The notes: generated from the letters alone by a model not told the origin. Counted from the stretch's first letter, positions 1-11,706 are shown. The stretch: 64,000 bases of DNA from Candidatus Poribacteria bacterium (GCA_965205025.1 CBDBFU010000013.1:64001-128000), one strand, 5' to 3'. Numbers and translations are program-made.

Positions 1-1
1 T

Positions 2-1300
2 AATGGGTCAATACGTGTATGGGATATCAGTACTTTTATTAATACATTCAATTTTGGACAATCTTCAGTAGAGTGTGTTGCTTATAATCCAGTTAAAGAC
101 ATGCTTGTAAGTAGTGATAATAATGGTCTAATACATGTATGGGATACAGAAAAAGGTATTCTAAGTTCAAAACTTCAAGCACATACTGATGGTGTTTATG
201 ACATCACCTTTAGTCCGGATGGGAATTCACTATACAGTAGTGGTATGGAAGAGTCTATCCGAGTTTGGGATGTAAATACTGGTGAACAAAAGATGACATT
301 AACAGAACATGATGATTATGTTGAGTGTTTAGCTGTTAGTCCGGATGGAGGTGTAATTGCTTCTGGGAGTACAGATGGTCGTATTCAACTTTGGGATGTA
401 AATACGGGTAAGATATTGAGGAAAACTACAGGACATATGGTAGAGGTGCGATGTGTTACCTTCAGTCCTGATGGAAAATTAATCGCTAATGGAAGTTACG
501 ATGGGATTATACGATTATGGGATGTAAACACAGGAAAACTGAAGGAAACTTTGGTAGGACATGAATGGAATTCAGAGAGTTTAGTTTTTAGTTCCGATGG
601 TAGTAAACTTTACTGTGGTAGTGGAGACACAACTATATCACAATGGGATTTAGTTAAGGGTGGTAAGTCAACAGGGATATTAAAAGGACATACCAGTAGG
701 ATCTGGGGTATTGATATAAGTCCTGATGAAAATATGATTGCTTCTGTGAGTTATGATGATACTATACGACTATGGGACATCAATAAGAAGGAATGTGCAA
801 CTACCTTCATAATAAAAGATGAATATAATCTCACTGTCGTATTCAACCCACAAGGTGATACCTTAGCAACTGGGAGTGATAAGGGGCACATACGACTATG
901 GGATATTAATGAACGTAAATTTAAAATCGAAGTAAAAACCCCCGCAGAATGGGTCTTGGGACTATCCTATAGTCCAGATGGAAAAACGATCGCATCTGGT
1001 GGTGATGATAATTGTATACATCTATGGAATGCAGATAACCTAAAGCATGAGTTATCTATTACAGGACATATAGAATGGGTTAGTAGTCTAACATTTAGTC
1101 CAGATGGAAATAATATAGCCTCCGGTGGGTATGATGACAATATACATCTATGGAATGCACAGACGGGAGAACACATTAGATCTTATATAGGTCATAAGGG
1201 TAGAGTTAATAGTGTTTCATTCAATGCCGATGGTACATTATTGTGTAGTGGCAGTGGGGACGGTACAGTAATGATATGGGAAATACCTGAGACGGATTGA
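2..1300 (+). CDS. WD40-repeat beta-propeller protein (5'-partial)
   Basis: About 9 GH...WD repeats (e.g. GHMVEVRCVTFSPDGKLIANGSYDGIIRLWD). The frame stays open from base 2 (NGSIRVWD...) into the called ORF at 101, so the gene starts before the window. Confidence 0.93.
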   Translation, partial: NGSIRVWDISTFINTFNFGQSSVECVAYNPVKDMLVSSDNNGLIHVWDTEKGILSSKLQAHTDGVYDITFSPDGNSLYSSGMEESIRVWDVNTGEQKMTLTEHDDYVECLAVSPDGGVIASGSTDGRIQLWDVNTGKILRKTTGHMVEVRCVTFSPDGKLIANGSYDGIIRLWDVNTGKLKETLVGHEWNSESLVFSSDGSKLYCGSGDTTISQWDLVKGGKSTGILKGHTSRIWGIDISPDENMIASVSYDDTIRLWDINKKECATTFIIKDEYNLTVVFNPQGDTLATGSDKGHIRLWDINERKFKIEVKTPAEWVLGLSYSPDGKTIASGGDDNCIHLWNADNLKHELSITGHIEWVSSLTFSPDGNNIASGGYDDNIHLWNAQTGEHIRSYIGHKGRVNSVSFNADGTLLCSGSGDGTVMIWEIPETD

Positions 1301-1382
1301 GACAGAGGATCTGATGTGTTAATTGTAGAAAATCTGTTAAATTGATCGGATAAACTGGACAATTAAATGCTTCTGGTGTAAT

Positions 1383-1412
1383 TTGACAAAAATATCATTA
1401 TTATGATACTAT
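1383..1412 (+). promoter_or_regulatory. Sigma70-type promoter of the sdh operon
   Basis: TTGACA (1383-1388), 18-nt spacer, TGa-TACTAT extended -10 (1404-1412). Confidence 0.5.
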
Positions 1413-1584
1413 ATAATACGATTAATCGAATAAAATACTATTTCATATAGATTTCATCCAACCTTGCATATTCCAAAGATATTATATCTCATTAGATCAC
1501 TGAAATATCGTAGAACACTCTCATTACTAAATTTATAAATTCAGGAATTTTCTAATCTCATTTTAAGTTAAGGAAAACTTGCCT

Positions 1585-2391
1585 ATGGCTCATCCAGAAC
1601 TAACATTAACAGACCAACGTCCCTTTCAAACCCAACGACAAGATACATGGTGGCTACAACCTGTTGCGGTACTATTAGGTTTGGGTTTATTCAGTATCTA
1701 CGCTACATACCGTGTCTTTGAGGGGAATCATTTCATCCACGGACCATATTTATCTCCTTTCTATTCTCCTCTATTATTTGGCTTGACAGATGTAGTTCAT
1801 AGTACCGAACATAGTTGGTTCGGTGTAATGCCTTCTTGGATTCCCGTAACCCCTGCAGTGCTCATCTTGTGGGCACCACTCGGTTTTCGATTTACTTGTT
1901 ATTACTATAGAGGAGCTTATTATAAGGCATTCTGGGCAGATCCACCATCATGTACAGTATCTGAACCACGTAAAGGTTATCGTGGAGAACATTCATTCCC
2001 ACTGATTATACAAAATATACACAGGTATTTCTTATATCTTGCCATAGTATTTGTAGGAATTCTTGCTTATGATTTTTGGAAAGCACTATGGTTTGACGAT
2101 GGTAACGGAGGAAAAACCTTTGGAATCGGTATTGGGTCCATCATCTTAGGTGTAAATGTAATCTTATTAGGTGGTTACACATTCGGATGTCATTCATTAC
2201 GACATCTTGTGGGTGGTATAGTTGATCTCTTATCAAAAGCTCCTGTTCGTCGAAACATATATAACTGTGTAAGTTGTCTTAATCGCAAACACATGCTTTG
2301 GGCATGGATGAGTCTAATTTGGGTAGGCTTTACTGATATATATGTACGAACAGTAGCAACAACAGGTTGGCAGGATTATATTACATTCTAA
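1585..2391 (+). CDS. Succinate dehydrogenase membrane anchor, Rv0249c/Sdh1 type
   Basis: Several hydrophobic helices; motifs YLSPFYSP, FRFTCYYYRGAYYKAFWADPPSC, GCHSLRHL and CLNRKHM typical of actinobacterial Sdh1 anchors; directly upstream of sdhA and sdhB. Start could be the TTG at 1579. Confidence 0.85.
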   Translation: MAHPELTLTDQRPFQTQRQDTWWLQPVAVLLGLGLFSIYATYRVFEGNHFIHGPYLSPFYSPLLFGLTDVVHSTEHSWFGVMPSWIPVTPAVLILWAPLGFRFTCYYYRGAYYKAFWADPPSCTVSEPRKGYRGEHSFPLIIQNIHRYFLYLAIVFVGILAYDFWKALWFDDGNGGKTFGIGIGSIILGVNVILLGGYTFGCHSLRHLVGGIVDLLSKAPVRRNIYNCVSCLNRKHMLWAWMSLIWVGFTDIYVRTVATTGWQDYITF

Positions 2392-2456
2392 TGCTAACAT
2401 TAACAATAGAACAGTATACAATGAAGAAATGATCGGAAAAGTGAGGAAATCATAGT

Positions 2457-4274
2457 TTGTCATCTTATGAATCTTTTGATTACGATGTATTAATTATCGG
2501 TGCTGGTGGTGCTGGATTACGTGCTGCCATAGAAGCAGCTAATGGTGACTTAAAAGTCGGTCTGATTTGTAAATCTCTACTCGGAAAAGCACATACTGTT
2601 ATGGCTGAAGGCGGTGTTGCAGCAGCATTAGCGAATGTTGATGAAAGAGATAGTTGGCGAGTCCATTTTGCTGATACGATGAAGGGTGGACAATACCTAT
2701 CTAACTCACGAATGGCTGAACTGCACGCAAAAGAATCACCAGACCGTGTACGTGAGCTTGAAGCATGGGGTGCTCTCTTTGACCGTACAGAAGAGGGTAG
2801 TATCCTTCAGAGAAACTTTGGTGGACATCAGTATCCGCGGCTTGCTCATGTTGGGGATAGAACTGGTTTAGAGATGATTCGTGCACTTCAAGACCATGGC
2901 ATACACCAAGGTATTGAAGTACATATGGAAAATACAATCACCTCATTACTGAAAACAGATGGTAGGGTTACAGGAGCATTTGGATATGAACGTGAAAAAG
3001 GACGTTTTAAAGTATTTTCAGCAAAAGCAGTCGTATTAGCAACTGGCGGGGTAGGAAAAGCGTATAAGATTACAAGTAATAGTTGGGAATATACGGGTGA
3101 TGGACATTCTCTTGCTTACCATGCAGGTGCAGAACTGATTGATATGGAATTCGTTCAATTTCATCCAACGGGTATGGTATGGCCCCCAAGTGTGAGAGGT
3201 ATTTTGGTAACTGAAGGAGTTAGGGGAGAAGGTGGTATCCTGAAGAATAGTGAAGGGAACCGTTTTATGTTTGACGATATACCTGATCTATATGTAAATC
3301 AGACAGCAGATAACCCTGAAGAAGGATGGAATTATACACAAGGTGATCGTGATGCCCGAAGACCCCCAGAACTATTAACCCGAGACCATATAGCACGTTG
3401 TATCGTTAGAGAAGTGCAGGAAGGCAGAGGAAGTCCTCACGGTGGTGTATATTTAGATATTGCATGGATAAAAGAAAAACTACCAAACGCACAGGAACAT
3501 ATACGACGAAAACTTCCAAGTATGTACCACCAATTTAAAGAACTTGCTGATATTGATATAACACAAGAACCCATGGAGGTAGGTCCTACAACACATTATA
3601 TTATGGGTGGGATACGTGTTGATGCAGATACACAGATGACTTGTGTTCCTGGTTTATTCGCTGCAGGGGAATGTGCTGCAGGATTGCACGGTGCCAATCG
3701 TCTTGGTGGTAATTCCCTATCAGATTTACTTGTTTTTGGTAAACGGGCAGGGGAATACGCTGCAAAATTTGCAGAAGAAAATGCACTTATTCCTGTTGAT
3801 GAGGGTATGATAGATACGATTGCTAATGAAGTATTAAAACCATTTGAGAATCCTGAGGATGGTGGTAATCCGTATGACATTCAGGCAGATCTTCAAGATA
3901 AAATGCAAGAATTAGTGGGCATAGCACGGAGTCAACAGAGTTTAACTCAAGCATTAGAAGAAATACAGCAGTTACGCGATAAATCAGAGAATATACATAC
4001 TATAGGAAACCGTGAATATAATTCGGGTTGGCACACTGCTCTGGATCTGGATTGCTTACTTACGATTTCAGAGGCAATTGCTCTTGCTGCACTTGAGAGA
4101 AAGGCAAGTATAGGTGCACATTCTCGTGACGATTTTCCTGAAAAAGAAGAAGATGGCGCAGGTAAATATAATACTATCGTTAATAAGAATAGTGAAGGAT
4201 TCATGGATATACGACGTGAATCTGTACCTGAATTAACAGAAGAACAACAACAAATCATTGAGGAAATGGGATAA
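2457..4274 (+). CDS. sdhA: Succinate dehydrogenase/fumarate reductase flavoprotein subunit
   Basis: GAGGAG FAD-binding loop, KAHTVMAEGG covalent-FAD His, QFHPTG, TEGVRGEGG, HYIMGG and LHGANRLGGNSL. Confidence 0.95.
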   Translation: MSSYESFDYDVLIIGAGGAGLRAAIEAANGDLKVGLICKSLLGKAHTVMAEGGVAAALANVDERDSWRVHFADTMKGGQYLSNSRMAELHAKESPDRVRELEAWGALFDRTEEGSILQRNFGGHQYPRLAHVGDRTGLEMIRALQDHGIHQGIEVHMENTITSLLKTDGRVTGAFGYEREKGRFKVFSAKAVVLATGGVGKAYKITSNSWEYTGDGHSLAYHAGAELIDMEFVQFHPTGMVWPPSVRGILVTEGVRGEGGILKNSEGNRFMFDDIPDLYVNQTADNPEEGWNYTQGDRDARRPPELLTRDHIARCIVREVQEGRGSPHGGVYLDIAWIKEKLPNAQEHIRRKLPSMYHQFKELADIDITQEPMEVGPTTHYIMGGIRVDADTQMTCVPGLFAAGECAAGLHGANRLGGNSLSDLLVFGKRAGEYAAKFAEENALIPVDEGMIDTIANEVLKPFENPEDGGNPYDIQADLQDKMQELVGIARSQQSLTQALEEIQQLRDKSENIHTIGNREYNSGWHTALDLDCLLTISEAIALAALERKASIGAHSRDDFPEKEEDGAGKYNTIVNKNSEGFMDIRRESVPELTEEQQQIIEEMG

Positions 4275-4299
4275 CTACCAAATACTGGAAGGGAATCTT

Positions 4300-5040
4300 A
4301 TGGCAAAAGCAACATTTCGAATCTGGCGTGGGGATGCGGAAAAAGCAGATTTCGTTGATTATGAAACAGATGTATCTGATGGGATGGTTGTATTAGATGC
4401 TGTCCACCGTATTCAAGCAGAACAAGCAAATGACCTTGCGGTTAGATGGAACTGTAAAGCAGGAAAATGTGGTTCATGTTCTGCTGAGGTAAATGGTAAT
4501 CCGAAATTAATGTGTATGACACGACTCAATGATATTCCTTTGGATAAACCGGTAACCGTTGAACCCATGCGTGCATTTCCAATAATTAAAGATCTTGTAA
4601 CTGATGTATCCTGGAACTATAAAGTTAAGGAAAAAATGAGACCCTTTAATCCAAGACCTGCCGATGCGAAGGATGGTACATGGCGGATGGAACAGGTTGA
4701 TATTGACCATGTTCAGGAGTTTAGAAAATGTATTGAATGTTTTTTGTGTCAGGATGTCTGCCACGTATTAAGGGATCATCATTTACACGATGAATTCATT
4801 GGACCACGTTTCTTCGTCTATGCAGCCTCATTGGAAATGCATCCTATTGATACTGATAATAGATTAGAAGAATTGAAGAATTCTGATGGGATAGGTTATT
4901 GTAATATTACCAAATGCTGTACGAAAGTATGTCCTGAACATATTACGATAACAGACAATGCCATTATACCATTGAAAGAACGGGTTGTTGACGAGTTTTA
5001 TGATCCACTCAGAAGACTTTTCAAGGTAATCACTGGATAA
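4300..5040 (+). CDS. sdhB: Succinate dehydrogenase/fumarate reductase iron-sulfur subunit
   Basis: CKAGKCGSC (2Fe-2S), CIECFLCQDVC and CNITKCCTKVCP clusters. ATG at 4300 (MAKATFRIWRG) avoids overlap with sdhA. Confidence 0.93.
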   Translation: MAKATFRIWRGDAEKADFVDYETDVSDGMVVLDAVHRIQAEQANDLAVRWNCKAGKCGSCSAEVNGNPKLMCMTRLNDIPLDKPVTVEPMRAFPIIKDLVTDVSWNYKVKEKMRPFNPRPADAKDGTWRMEQVDIDHVQEFRKCIECFLCQDVCHVLRDHHLHDEFIGPRFFVYAASLEMHPIDTDNRLEELKNSDGIGYCNITKCCTKVCPEHITITDNAIIPLKERVVDEFYDPLRRLFKVITG

Positions 5041-5116
5041 ATATAAAAGTAGTAATGAACAACCGACTGAAAATTAATTGTTCAACCAATGTATATAATT
5101 TTGGAGATAAATATCT

Positions 5117-6250
5117 ATGGCAAGTAAAAATGGCAAATTAAGAGTTGGTGTGATTGGTCCTGGTGGAGCGGGACGTGGGAATACACTCGGTTTTGCAACC
5201 CGTGATGATGCTGATGTTGTTGCAGCCGCAGATTCTCATGAAGGTAGTTTAGATGCGTTAGAAAACGCATTGCAGGAACGCGTTGAAGATTATAAACCAA
5301 ACAGTCTAAAGAGATATCTCGGTGATCATGAATTTATCGAGATGTTAAACCACGAAGACCTTGATATTGTTGGTGTATTTTCGCCTCATTCACTTCATGA
5401 TATTCATGTGAAGTATGCATTACGTGCGGGGTGTAGTGTTATTGTAGAAAAACCTATGGCTAATGTTGTTGGAGATGCAATCGCAATCACGAAGATAGCT
5501 ATTGGTAGCGATCTTCACTTGGTCGGTGGTTATCAAAGACACTACGAAGACACCTATATCTCAGGACGACGAGGAATTCAAGAAGGACTAATTGGTAATT
5601 TGAAAAAGTTTGAAGTCTATATGGCACAACGGTGGGGTGCAGGTGGATGGAGAGGTGATCCCCGTTTTTCAGGTGGTGGACAACCAAACGACTCTGGTAG
5701 CCACCTTCAGGATATTTTTCTCTGGATGACTGAAACTTTACCTGCTGAAGTGTATGGTACAACAGATATGAAATTTGAAGACGATGATGGTAAACTTGTA
5801 CCAAAATTCGTTGAGATAAATTCCTACTCTGATGTAAAACTGGATAATGGTGCAGAAGGAACAATCACAATCCTCGGAAATACCCGCGTAGGTTTTGAAG
5901 AATGGGTCATCCTTGAAGGAGATGAAGGTACAATAGAGATTAAGAATGGTATCCGATATATCCCAAAAGGTGGTGAAGCTGAACCGCTTTCATATCCCAG
6001 ACCAGAAGGATATCCGAAAAGTAAAGTCGATCAACTTGTCGGGTTAGTAAAAGGTGAATATGAAGCAAATTATACTTCTGGTATAAATGGTGTCCGAACA
6101 AGCTGGCTGACAAATTCAATTCTTCAAGCTGGTAAAGGTCCAGATGAAAAGAATAGTGTGGATTGTAACGAACTGATTGAAAAAGAGGGGTATAGTAAGC
6201 AAGAAGTAAACGACCTAATTAATCTCTGTAAGACAAGGCAGATGTATTAG
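5117..6250 (+). CDS. Gfo/Idh/MocA family oxidoreductase
   Basis: GVIGPGGAG Rossmann start, IVEKPMA, WRGDPRFSGGG and DSGSH. Confidence 0.9.
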   Translation: MASKNGKLRVGVIGPGGAGRGNTLGFATRDDADVVAAADSHEGSLDALENALQERVEDYKPNSLKRYLGDHEFIEMLNHEDLDIVGVFSPHSLHDIHVKYALRAGCSVIVEKPMANVVGDAIAITKIAIGSDLHLVGGYQRHYEDTYISGRRGIQEGLIGNLKKFEVYMAQRWGAGGWRGDPRFSGGGQPNDSGSHLQDIFLWMTETLPAEVYGTTDMKFEDDDGKLVPKFVEINSYSDVKLDNGAEGTITILGNTRVGFEEWVILEGDEGTIEIKNGIRYIPKGGEAEPLSYPRPEGYPKSKVDQLVGLVKGEYEANYTSGINGVRTSWLTNSILQAGKGPDEKNSVDCNELIEKEGYSKQEVNDLINLCKTRQMY

Positions 6251-6347
6251 AATCGTTTTCACACAAACTCTATTGAAGTAATTTTATTCCAAACTTTTGA
6301 GATATTAGTGCAATATTAAGTAAATTTTGAATAGTAAGGAGAAAATC

Positions 6348-8309
6348 ATGAAGTATATCAACTACTTTCTAATTACAGCTTTCTTGATAGTTGTATTATC
6401 ACAAGTCGGTTGTTTATCCACTAATGAAATGGATACAGCAGAAGAATTAGTTGAGATGAAAGACTACCGGGGTGCCATTGAAGTATACCAAGGTATCGTT
6501 GAAGCGAAACCGGGTACAGCCAAAGCACGTGAGGCACAACTTGCAATTGGTAAAATATATCTTGAACGTATGGATCAACCCGCTCAAGGGATTATATCTT
6601 ATGAGACCATCATAGCAGATGCACCTGAGAGTGATGATGCAGCAGAGGCACATTATCGACTTGGAATGCACTATTATCGACAAAAAGATTATGATAAAGC
6701 ACAAACTCAATTTGATACTATTGTTAATCAGTATGCACATTTGGAAATCAGTCATGATGCACAACTGATGTTGGCTACGAGTTATAAAGATGCACAAGAT
6801 TACGAAAGTGCGGTTGAAGTATTTGATAATTTTGCTAATCGTAATCCTCAAAGTCCGAGAGCTACACAGGCTTTAGTAAATAAAGCACGGATACAACGCC
6901 AGTTTCTCAAGAATGAAAACGAAGCAAAACGAACTCTTCAATCTGTGGTAAAAAGATACGGGAAAGTTGAAGGAGCAGAATCACACATTGAAAAAGCAAA
7001 AGAAGAACTAACTGAACTAAATGCTGAGATACCCAAGCCTGATGATCCGAAACAGACACAATTTGGAAGGGCAATAGCAAGGCAAGAAGCACGACGGGAA
7101 CGCGATAGACCTCGGAATGTAGAAAAGAGTCCTATAGTTAAGAAGAATATTGCTATTGCGGATTCAGGATTTGGGGTTAGTGCTGATGAAGTCATGCGTG
7201 ATTTTGGTGGTTCTGTACAGATTGCCGGAGATGAACAAGGTAGTTTTTATGATGCAGAATTAATGATAGCTGGTTTTTTATATGGGGGACGAAAATTATC
7301 TACATGCTGGTGCATTATTGTTTGATGCAATTGCCCGTGCTGAAGCAGAGAAAGCAAACTCGAGCCAATCTACTACCTAACGACTATCCATATGCTATCG
7401 AAAAGTTGGAATGCATAAAAGAGCCATGGAGGTATTGAAAAAGCTGCATCACGTGATAGCAAGGTAATTGATACCGTCAGAGACACAGGAAAGAATCAAT
7501 ATACCAACGAAGAATACGAGAAAGCATTGGAGACATTTCAATCCATCATAGGTATCAATAGAAATAAAGATCCTGAGATATATTGGTTGATTGGTAAGAC
7601 ATATAATAAACTCGGTGATTATCAAAAAGAAAGAGATAGTTTTGAACAGTCTGTTGCCTTAAATCCTGAAGATGTTGACACCTTACAAAGTCTTGCAGAG
7701 GTGTTGAACTATCGATTAAAAGACCGAAAAACAGCAGGTATTTTCCAAGATCTCGCTGATCAGAAAAGGGATTCGTTCATAGCTATGAAGACACTTGGAG
7801 ATGTATGTGATAAATATGGTCAACACAACAAAGCACAGATAAAGTATAAAGCAGCAGCAAGAAATGCAAAACGTCTTTTAGATAAGGCAGAAAGTCCTGC
7901 TGATAAACGTTTGTTAACTCATCAATATGGGTATGGTACAATACTTGCAGGATTGTCAATTTATAAACAGGGTAGAGATGAAGATGCACAGAAACAAATA
8001 GATATCTTCCTCAATGCATATCCTGATCATGCCTTAGTTCCCTATGCTAACGCTGAAATTGCACTTCTAAATGATGAAGAGGATCAAGCAATTACATTAT
8101 TTAAAGTAGCAATTGATAAAGATCCTGTTTCTGACATACCTGTGATTGCACTCGGTGACTTTTATGTTTCTAAAGGATATAATGATGAAGCGATAGTATT
8201 ATGGGAAGGTTTCTTAGAGAAAAATAAGTATAATTCTGATGTACGGCGTCGACTTCAAACTTTGAAAGGGACAGTTGAGAAGGCTGAAGAAAAGATTGAG
8301 GAGAAATAG
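6348..8309 (+). CDS. TPR-repeat lipoprotein (BamD/YfiO-like N-terminal TPRs), frameshifted in this sequence
   Basis: Signal peptide with lipobox SQVGC. TPR helices in ORFs 6327-7325 and 7527-8309; the intervening 7290-7527 DNA also encodes TPR-like sequence in shifted frames. Confidence 0.75.
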
Positions 8310-8446
8310 CTGAATTCTATAGTAATTTTGTATTGAATCATAACTAATCTGTATAGGATCAATGAAAATCCTATACAGATTAGCATAAAAAACACCAAAT
8401 TTCATATAAATTTAGTTGATATTCAGAATTTACCTTAAAAAATTCC

Positions 8447-8475
8447 TTGACATTAATTTGTACATATTGTATAAT
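8447..8475 (+). promoter_or_regulatory. Perfect-consensus sigma70 promoter for the rho operon
   Basis: TTGACA (8447-8452), 17-nt spacer, TATAAT (8470-8475). Confidence 0.8.
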
Positions 8476-8893
8476 TAGTGATGGTATGGTTCATAGAATG
8501 GATCAATCATTCGATTCCAACACTAAAAGGATGTTTAACTCCTACCAAACACTATCATACGGACCCCATATTCAATCCAAAATTTTCGTTTGCCACTCTG
8601 GATGCAATTCAATCTATCAATTACGATTATTGGCAAAGTATAGTTCAAGGGTTATCTAATTTTACCCTATTATGTAAAACATTCCAATACTACCTTTCAA
8701 TTCAATTCAATATTCACTCTGGTGTCAGTACCGGAGTATTATATGTTCATAAGAGAGAGTTCTGCAATTTCTTGCGGATTTCTGTCAAATCATAAGTATG
8801 TACCTGTTCTTTCTTGTCCATTTTAACCTTATATATAAACATGTAGATACAATGGCAATTCGGAACAGGATTTACTGAGGAGTACGATAAACT

Positions 8894-10219
8894 ATGGAGA
8901 GCTTGGAAATAGGCAAGCTCCAAGAAATGGAGATTTCGACCTTAAATACCATGGCACAATCCTATGGTATTGGTGAAAGCAACGGGTTACGAAAGGAAGA
9001 ACTAATAACTCGTATTCTTGAAGAGGTCGCTGAAAAAAATGTCCCCCTTTCAGGTAAAGGGGTATTACAGATACTAAATGACCGTGATCAGAATTACGGA
9101 TTTCTTAGATCCCCGCGTTCTAACTATTTACAAAGCAACGAGGATATTTATGTTTCATCCTCACAGATACGTTTGTTTGGTTTACAGACAGGACATGTGG
9201 TTGAAGGCTTGGTTCGTCCACCTAAAAAGTCTGAAAACAAAGCTGAACGGTATTTTGCCTTATTACAAATAGAAAAGGTCAATGGTGAACCTCCTCAATC
9301 TGTTAAATCAAGAACACAATTTGACAATCTCAGGCCAATCTTTCCTTATGAAAAATTGCAACTTGAACATAAACACTCCGAATTTGGCACACGCATCATT
9401 GATCTTATGTCTCCAATAGGAAAGGGACAGCGTGGATTAATCGTTGCCCCTCCTTATAGCGGAAAGACAACATTGCTAAAAAACATCGCTTGTGGAATTG
9501 AAGCCAACCATCCAGAAGTAGAACTTATTTTCTTACTGATTGATGAACGTCCGGAAGAGGTTACAGATGTTGTCCGAACAGTAAAAGGAGAAGTGATTAG
9601 TTCAACTTTTGATGAACACCCTGAACGACACGTTCAAGTATCAGAAATGGCAATAGAAAAAGCCAAACGTATGGTTGAATGTGGGAAAGATGTGTGATCT
9701 TACTTGATAGTATGACACGACTTGCCCGGGCACATAATATGATAGCTCCACAAACAGGTAAAACACTTACTGGTGGTTTAGATCCCATGGCCTTCGTCAA
9801 ACCTCGTCAGTTTTGTGGTGCTGCAAGAAAGTTTGAGGAAGGTGGTAGTTTAACCATAATTGCATCCGTTCTCGTCGATACTGAAAGCCGTTCAGATACT
9901 TATATTTATGAAGAGTTTAAAGGGACTGCGAACATGGAACTACACATGGATCGTTCCCTATTGGAATTGCGAATATTCCCTGCAATCAATATAGAAAAAT
10001 CAAAAACTCGACGTGAGGAATTGTTACTTAAACCTGAAGTACTCAATAAGGTATGGGCTTTACGGAAGTTTACAAGCCAAATGAGTCCTGCCGAAACAAT
10101 GGAATTGTTGATTAAACAGTTTAGTAAAACAAGACAATGAAGTATTTCTTGAAAGTATGGTAGATGATGGTGGTAAAACAAACCCACAACCTTCACAACC
10201 AACAAGAAATGGAAAATAG
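8894..10219 (+). CDS. rho: Transcription termination factor Rho (two apparent frameshifts, ~9693 and ~10130)
   Basis: YGFLRS, DIYVSSSQIR, PIGKGQRGLIVAPPYSGKT, LIDERPEEVTD; continues in another frame as LLDSMTRLARAHN...YEEFKGTANMELHMDR; the C-terminus reads through to TAG at 10217-10219. Confidence 0.92.
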
Positions 10220-10284
10220 TCAATACTAAAATCAGTGTTTATGATATAATGACAATTGACTGAACAATTATAAGGAGTAATGAA

Positions 10285-10503
10285 ATGAAACCTGAAATCC
10301 ATCCACAAACAACAGAATGCACTATCAATTGTGTTTGCGGTGCATCCTATGTAACAAAAACCATACAGTCTGAAATGCGTGTAGATGTATGCTCTAAATG
10401 TCATCCATTTTACACAGGACAACAAGCACGTTTTATTGATACTGCAGGTCGAGTTGAAAGTTTCCGCCGGCGTTATGGCATTACAGAAGAAAAATCTGAA
10501 TAG
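10285..10503 (+). CDS. rpmE: 50S ribosomal protein L31 (Zn-binding type)
   Basis: MKPEIHP, CVCG, CSKCHPFYTG, DTAGRVESFRRRYG; RBS AAGGAG; canonical rho-rpmE-prfA-prmC synteny. Confidence 0.97.
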   Translation: MKPEIHPQTTECTINCVCGASYVTKTIQSEMRVDVCSKCHPFYTGQQARFIDTAGRVESFRRRYGITEEKSE

Positions 10504-10631
10504 TTTAAAATCCTATTACAGGATAGTCATAAAATCTTTGTGAACTAACTATGAACTCATTGAACTACACCAACCATAAACTTCTATTGCTGTACCTTCA
10601 GCAATAATTTCATTATATAAAGATTATATTA

Positions 10632-11706
10632 ATGTTGGAAAAATTAAAAGACATCCAAAATAGGTTCTTGGATGTTGAGAAATCTCTAAGCGATCCTGAT
10701 GAAATCTCCAATCCTCAGCGGTTACAGGAATTATCGAAGTTACACGCAGAGCTTTCGCCAATTGTGTCTGCATTCAAGGATTATCAACAATTGGAATCTG
10801 CAATTGAAGAAACAGGACTATTATTGTCTGAAGAAAGTGACGCGGATATGAATGAATTAGCTCAAGAAGAATTGGATGATTTAAAGAATCAGATGACAGA
10901 CCTTAATCAATCCATTAAACTTCTTCTAATTCCAAAAGATCCAAATGACGAAAAGAATGTGATTATAGAGATTCGCGCTGGTACCGGTGGAGAAGAAGCG
11001 AGTTTATTTTCTGCAGAAATCTTCCGTATGTATACTCGATACGCAGAAAGAAAAAATTGGAAAGTGGAAATGCTCAGTGCTAATGCCACTGGATTAAAAG
11101 GGTTCAAAGAGGTGGTATTTTCTATTGAAGGAAAAGATGCATTTAGTCTACTTAAATATGAAGGTGGAATTCACCGGGTCCAACGTATTCCTACTACTGA
11201 AACAAGTGGACGTATCCATACATCTGCAGTGACAGTTGCTGTACTACCTGAAGCAGAAGAACTTGATCTTGAAATAGATGAAGCAACTGAATTACGTATT
11301 GATACCTATCGATCATCAGGTCCGGGAGGACAAAGTGTTAATACAACAGATTCAGCAATTCGTATAAACACATCTACCAACAGGTCTGATTGTAACTTGT
11401 CAAGATGAGAAATCACAACATAAGAACAGATCAAAAGCCATGAAAATACTCCGAGCACGTTTACAAGAATTAAAACAAGCAGAACTCGACAGTGAACGGT
11501 CAGAAACACGACGTTCTATGGTTGGTAGTGGTGATAGAAGTGAAAAAATACGAACCTATTAATTTTCCACAATCACGGGTAACAGATCATAGGATTCAAT
11601 TTAGTAGTTATCAACTTGAATCTGTATTGGATGGAGATTTAGAGGAATTTATCGAACGTTAACAACTGCAGACCAAGCTGAAAAGTTAAAAAACGAGAGT
11701 ATTTAA
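10632..11706 (+). CDS. prfA: Peptide chain release factor 1 (apparent frameshifts at ~11368, ~11560, ~11660)
   Basis: [29 protein letters not shown] (PxT motif), GPGGQSVN; shifted frames give THLPTG...[19 protein letters not shown] and [12 protein letters not shown]. Confidence 0.93.

Noticed and set aside
10632-11706. Programmed frameshift in a release factor gene
   Set aside because: The protein is RF1 (PxT motif), has three indels late in the gene and no CTT-TGA slippery site; it lies in the error-dense zone.
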